Positions 61,914 to 64,000 of a stretch of DNA of 64,000 nucleotides are shown piece after piece (position 1 is the stretch's first letter; each line of letters begins with the position of its first letter). Position numbers and translations under genes: made by a program. Location: positions 14,532-78,531 of the forward strand of contig JBBDRK010000069.1 of the NCBI GenBank assembly GCA_040905465.1, read 5' to 3'. The notes under the pieces are model-generated. The model ran no database searches. It saw only the letters and a program-made list of their open reading frames with translations, and was not told the DNA's origin. This DNA is from Trueperaceae bacterium (GTDB lineage: Bacteria > Deinococcota > Deinococci > Deinococcales > Trueperaceae).

Positions 61914-61927
61914 CACTAGCTCCCCGA

Positions 61928-62329
61928 TCAAGCTCCCGCTGCGCCGCCGCCGTTTCCGAGCGAGCCGGGCAGCGGCTTGGCTGCGTTCTCACCCAACCGG
62001 TGATAGTGAGTGATGGCAGGCTGCCCCTTCTCCCAGGACAGGCAGATGACCTCGGCCCCGAGTTGGCTGGGAAAGTCCACCAGTCCGGACTCGACGTCTT
62101 TGATGTGCACCCCTATCCGGTCGAGTTGCGCCTTGTCGGACTGAAACTGACCTAGAAGGAAAGAAATCTCCTGCCCGGCATTGCGTGCGTCGACTGAATT
62201 CGGGCGAATGCGGGAGATTCTGTCGCGAAGCCGCTCCAACTCCTGCGCGGCGTCCTGCAACTCACCGAGAAGCCCGTCGACGGTCGGGATCATGTCGGTC
62301 GCTTCCTCGAGCGTAAACAATCGGTACAT
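61928..62329 (-). CDS. DUF2203-family protein
   Basis: FTLEEA..GLVDFPS..CLSWEKG..HYH pattern. Confidence 0.8.
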   Translation of the reverse strand: MYRLFTLEEATDMIPTVDGLLGELQDAAQELERLRDRISRIRPNSVDARNAGQEISFLLGQFQSDKAQLDRIGVHIKDVESGLVDFPSQLGAEVICLSWEKGQPAITHYHRLGENAAKPLPGSLGNGGGAAGA

Positions 62330-62396
62330 CGCTCAACCGTCCTTTCTGTCGCCAGAGTAACCGGGGCGCACCCAGCTCTCTGTCTCCATTTATACA

Positions 62397-62428
62397 AAAG
62401 TTGAGCGTCTAAGACTTAGATTTACCTT
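62397..62428. promoter_or_regulatory. Second HAIR-like operator/promoter (TTGAGC-N7-ACTTAG; possible -10 TACCTT)
   Basis: Aligns with the clpB promoter as AAA(C/G)TTGA-N7-AGACT(C/T)AGATTT. Confidence 0.55.
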
Positions 62429-62603
62429 AATCGCCCTTCATGCTCGCTGCTCTGCAACGCCTGGCTGGCCGGCGGCAGTTGCCGCGATGTGGTTTGATTA
62501 GGGCTCCAGGCCGTCGCGAAGCCGTCTTGATGCGGAGCGACAACCGGCCCGGTTGCTCGGCCGCCAGGCTCGGATGGCCGGTCGAGCGCAGGGAGGAACC
62601 TCG

Positions 62604-63491
62604 ATGAAGACCCTCGGCCTTGACCTGGGCGGCACCAAGATCGCTGCCGCCGTGGTCGAAGATGGAACCGTGCTGGACCGGGAGCGCCGCGATACGCCGC
62701 AAACCGGATTCGGCGCGGTCGTCGAGGCGCTCGCCGGGTCGGCGCACGCGCTGATCGCCCGCCACCCCGACATCGGGGGGGTCGGGATAGGATCGCCCGG
62801 GCCGCTCGACTATGAGCAGGGAATGGTGCTGTTCGCGCCCAACATCCCAGGGATGGACCGGGCCCCACTGGTATCGGAGCTCGAGCGGATGCTGAGCAGG
62901 CGAGTGATCCTGGAGAACGACGCCAACGCGGCCGGCTACGCCGAGCACCTGTATGGGGCGGCACGTGACCTCGAGACCAGCATCTACATTACGATCTCGA
63001 CCGGTATCGGGGGCGGGCTGTTCATTGGGGACCGGCTGATCCGGGGCGCACACGGTCTGGCCGGCGAGATAGGTCACATGATCATGCTGCCCGGTGGACC
63101 CATGGACGGGGACGGGCACCACGGCACGCTCGAGGCGCTGGCTGCCGGCAGGGCGATCGCCCGCGAGGGCTCCTACTCGTACGGCGTGCCGGTGACCACG
63201 GAGGAGGTTTTCGACCGGGCCCGGGCGGGAGAGCGCAAGGCGCTGGCGATGGTCGACAACGCCGCGCGGTTCACCGGAATCGGCATCGCCAACCTGGTCA
63301 AGATCTTCGACCCGGCCGGTTTCGTCATTGGAGGAGGGATGAGTCAGGTGGGCGCCTTCTACCTCGACCGCATCCAGCAGGAGGCCGAGCATTTCCTCGT
63401 CGGTTACCCGGTGCCCGAACTGCGGCCCGCGCTGCTGGGAACCGAAGCCGGAGTCATCGGGGCGGCGGCGGTGGCCGCGCGGGCCGGTTGA
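62604..63491 (+). CDS. ROK-family sugar kinase (glucokinase-like)
   Basis: DLGGTK, ENDANAA, STGIGGG and AGEIGH motifs; SD GGGAGG. Confidence 0.9.
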   Translation: MKTLGLDLGGTKIAAAVVEDGTVLDRERRDTPQTGFGAVVEALAGSAHALIARHPDIGGVGIGSPGPLDYEQGMVLFAPNIPGMDRAPLVSELERMLSRRVILENDANAAGYAEHLYGAARDLETSIYITISTGIGGGLFIGDRLIRGAHGLAGEIGHMIMLPGGPMDGDGHHGTLEALAAGRAIAREGSYSYGVPVTTEEVFDRARAGERKALAMVDNAARFTGIGIANLVKIFDPAGFVIGGGMSQVGAFYLDRIQQEAEHFLVGYPVPELRPALLGTEAGVIGAAAVAARAG

Positions 63492-63766
63492 GCGGCTCGG
63501 CTCAGGCGGACCACCACGATCCGACTGACCGCCACCGCTTCGCCGGTCAGCACCCCTTCGACGTAGACCCGCTGCCCGACGCTCAGCGGCTCCCGTGGCA
63601 CTCCGGCGAGATAGGTCAGGCGTAACTGCCGGCCCGAATCGAGCACGGCCGTGGCTCCGTTCTCCGTCAGCGCGATCAGGTCGGCCGCGAACGCTGTGTC
63701 GCTCCCGGTCCCAGCGGGAACCGGACAACAAGCCATCAGGACGACCGACAGCAGCGCGAGCAGCAC
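63404..63766 (-). CDS. Putative small lipoprotein (OB-fold-like); boundaries uncertain
   Basis: Hydrophobic stretch plus LMAC lipobox and LSVGQRVYVEG; 3' end overlaps the ROK gene by 88 nt. Confidence 0.45.
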   Translation of the reverse strand: MLLALLSVVLMACCPVPAGTGSDTAFAADLIALTENGATAVLDSGRQLRLTYLAGVPREPLSVGQRVYVEGVLTGEAVAVSRIVVVRLSRAAQPARAATAAAPMTPASVPSSAGRSSGTG

Positions 63767-63893
63767 GGGGGCCGAAAGCCGCTGCCGGGGCCGGTCCGTT
63801 GGTGCCCGGCCCGTAACTGCCCGGTCCGTCGGCGACCGGCCGGCCTGAGACTGGCCCGACGATTCGCGGCCAGTCGCAGGCCCGCCGGTGATC

Positions 63894-64000
63894 TCAGCCG
63901 GGGCCCCCATCACTGCCGCCATCACTGCCGCCGTCACTGCCGCCGTCACTGCCGTCACCATTACCGCGCCTGTCGCCACCGGTACTGCTGGGCCGGCCGG
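63894..64000 (-). CDS. Probable 3' end of a gene outside the window, (SDGG)n tail
   Basis: Frame ...GNGDGSDGGSDGGSDGGSDGGPG-TGA encoded by a 12-bp tandem repeat at about 63907-63957. Confidence 0.45.
   Translation of the reverse strand, partial: GRPSSTGGDRRGNGDGSDGGSDGGSDGGSDGGPG

Noticed and set aside
62604-63491. ROK kinase lacking the CxCGxxGC zinc motif (reads MDGDGHHGTLE)
   Set aside because: Cys-less ROK variants are known; not enough to claim a new function.
63767-63979. N-terminal (VTAA)n extension of the last lipoprotein-like ORF
   Set aside because: The 12-bp repeat reads more plausibly as the SDGG tail of an upstream gene ending at 63894; cannot be resolved at the window edge.

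Overview
A GC-rich, gene-dense chromosomal core segment. Gene content (mqnB, gltX-ftsY, split pntA, a compact SARP/STAND-TPR regulator) and about 25 genes with a TANNNT-like -10 box 5-8 nt before the start codon point to a Deinococcota, probably Trueperaceae-like, bacterium; this taxonomy is inference. The window holds about 60 CDS for translation (serS, tyrS, gltX, gatC, rplM, rpsI, rsmF, rsmJ, rqcH), central metabolism (zwf, gnd, pfkA, fba, rpe, pntAB, accDA, gabT), folate (folP, folB, folK), envelope (uppP, wecA, wecB, amidase, carboxypeptidase), phoU/phoB/phoR and clpB, plus 3 tRNAs (Gln-TTG, Gln-CTG, Ser-CGA). No CRISPR array, integrase, transposase or prophage gene was seen. Best candidates for undescribed biology: (1) a SARP/STAND/TPR activator flanked by a lone receiver gene and a lipoprotein subtilase whose promoters share an 11-bp-periodic GTTCAG repeat at identical distance from the -10 box; (2) a Tat-exported two-domain multicopper oxidase plus ZIP transporter operon with a DtxR/MntR-type operator; (3) a 23-codon mini-ORF coupled between rplM and rpsI, made by duplication of the junction; (4) an in-frame SDR-NrdR fusion; (5) two matching HspR-type operators; (6) degenerate penicillin acylase and HsdR-N-like proteins; (7) a palindromic 27-bp array at the tRNA-Ser 3' end. 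Family calls come from motifs recognised by eye; no database searches were run.
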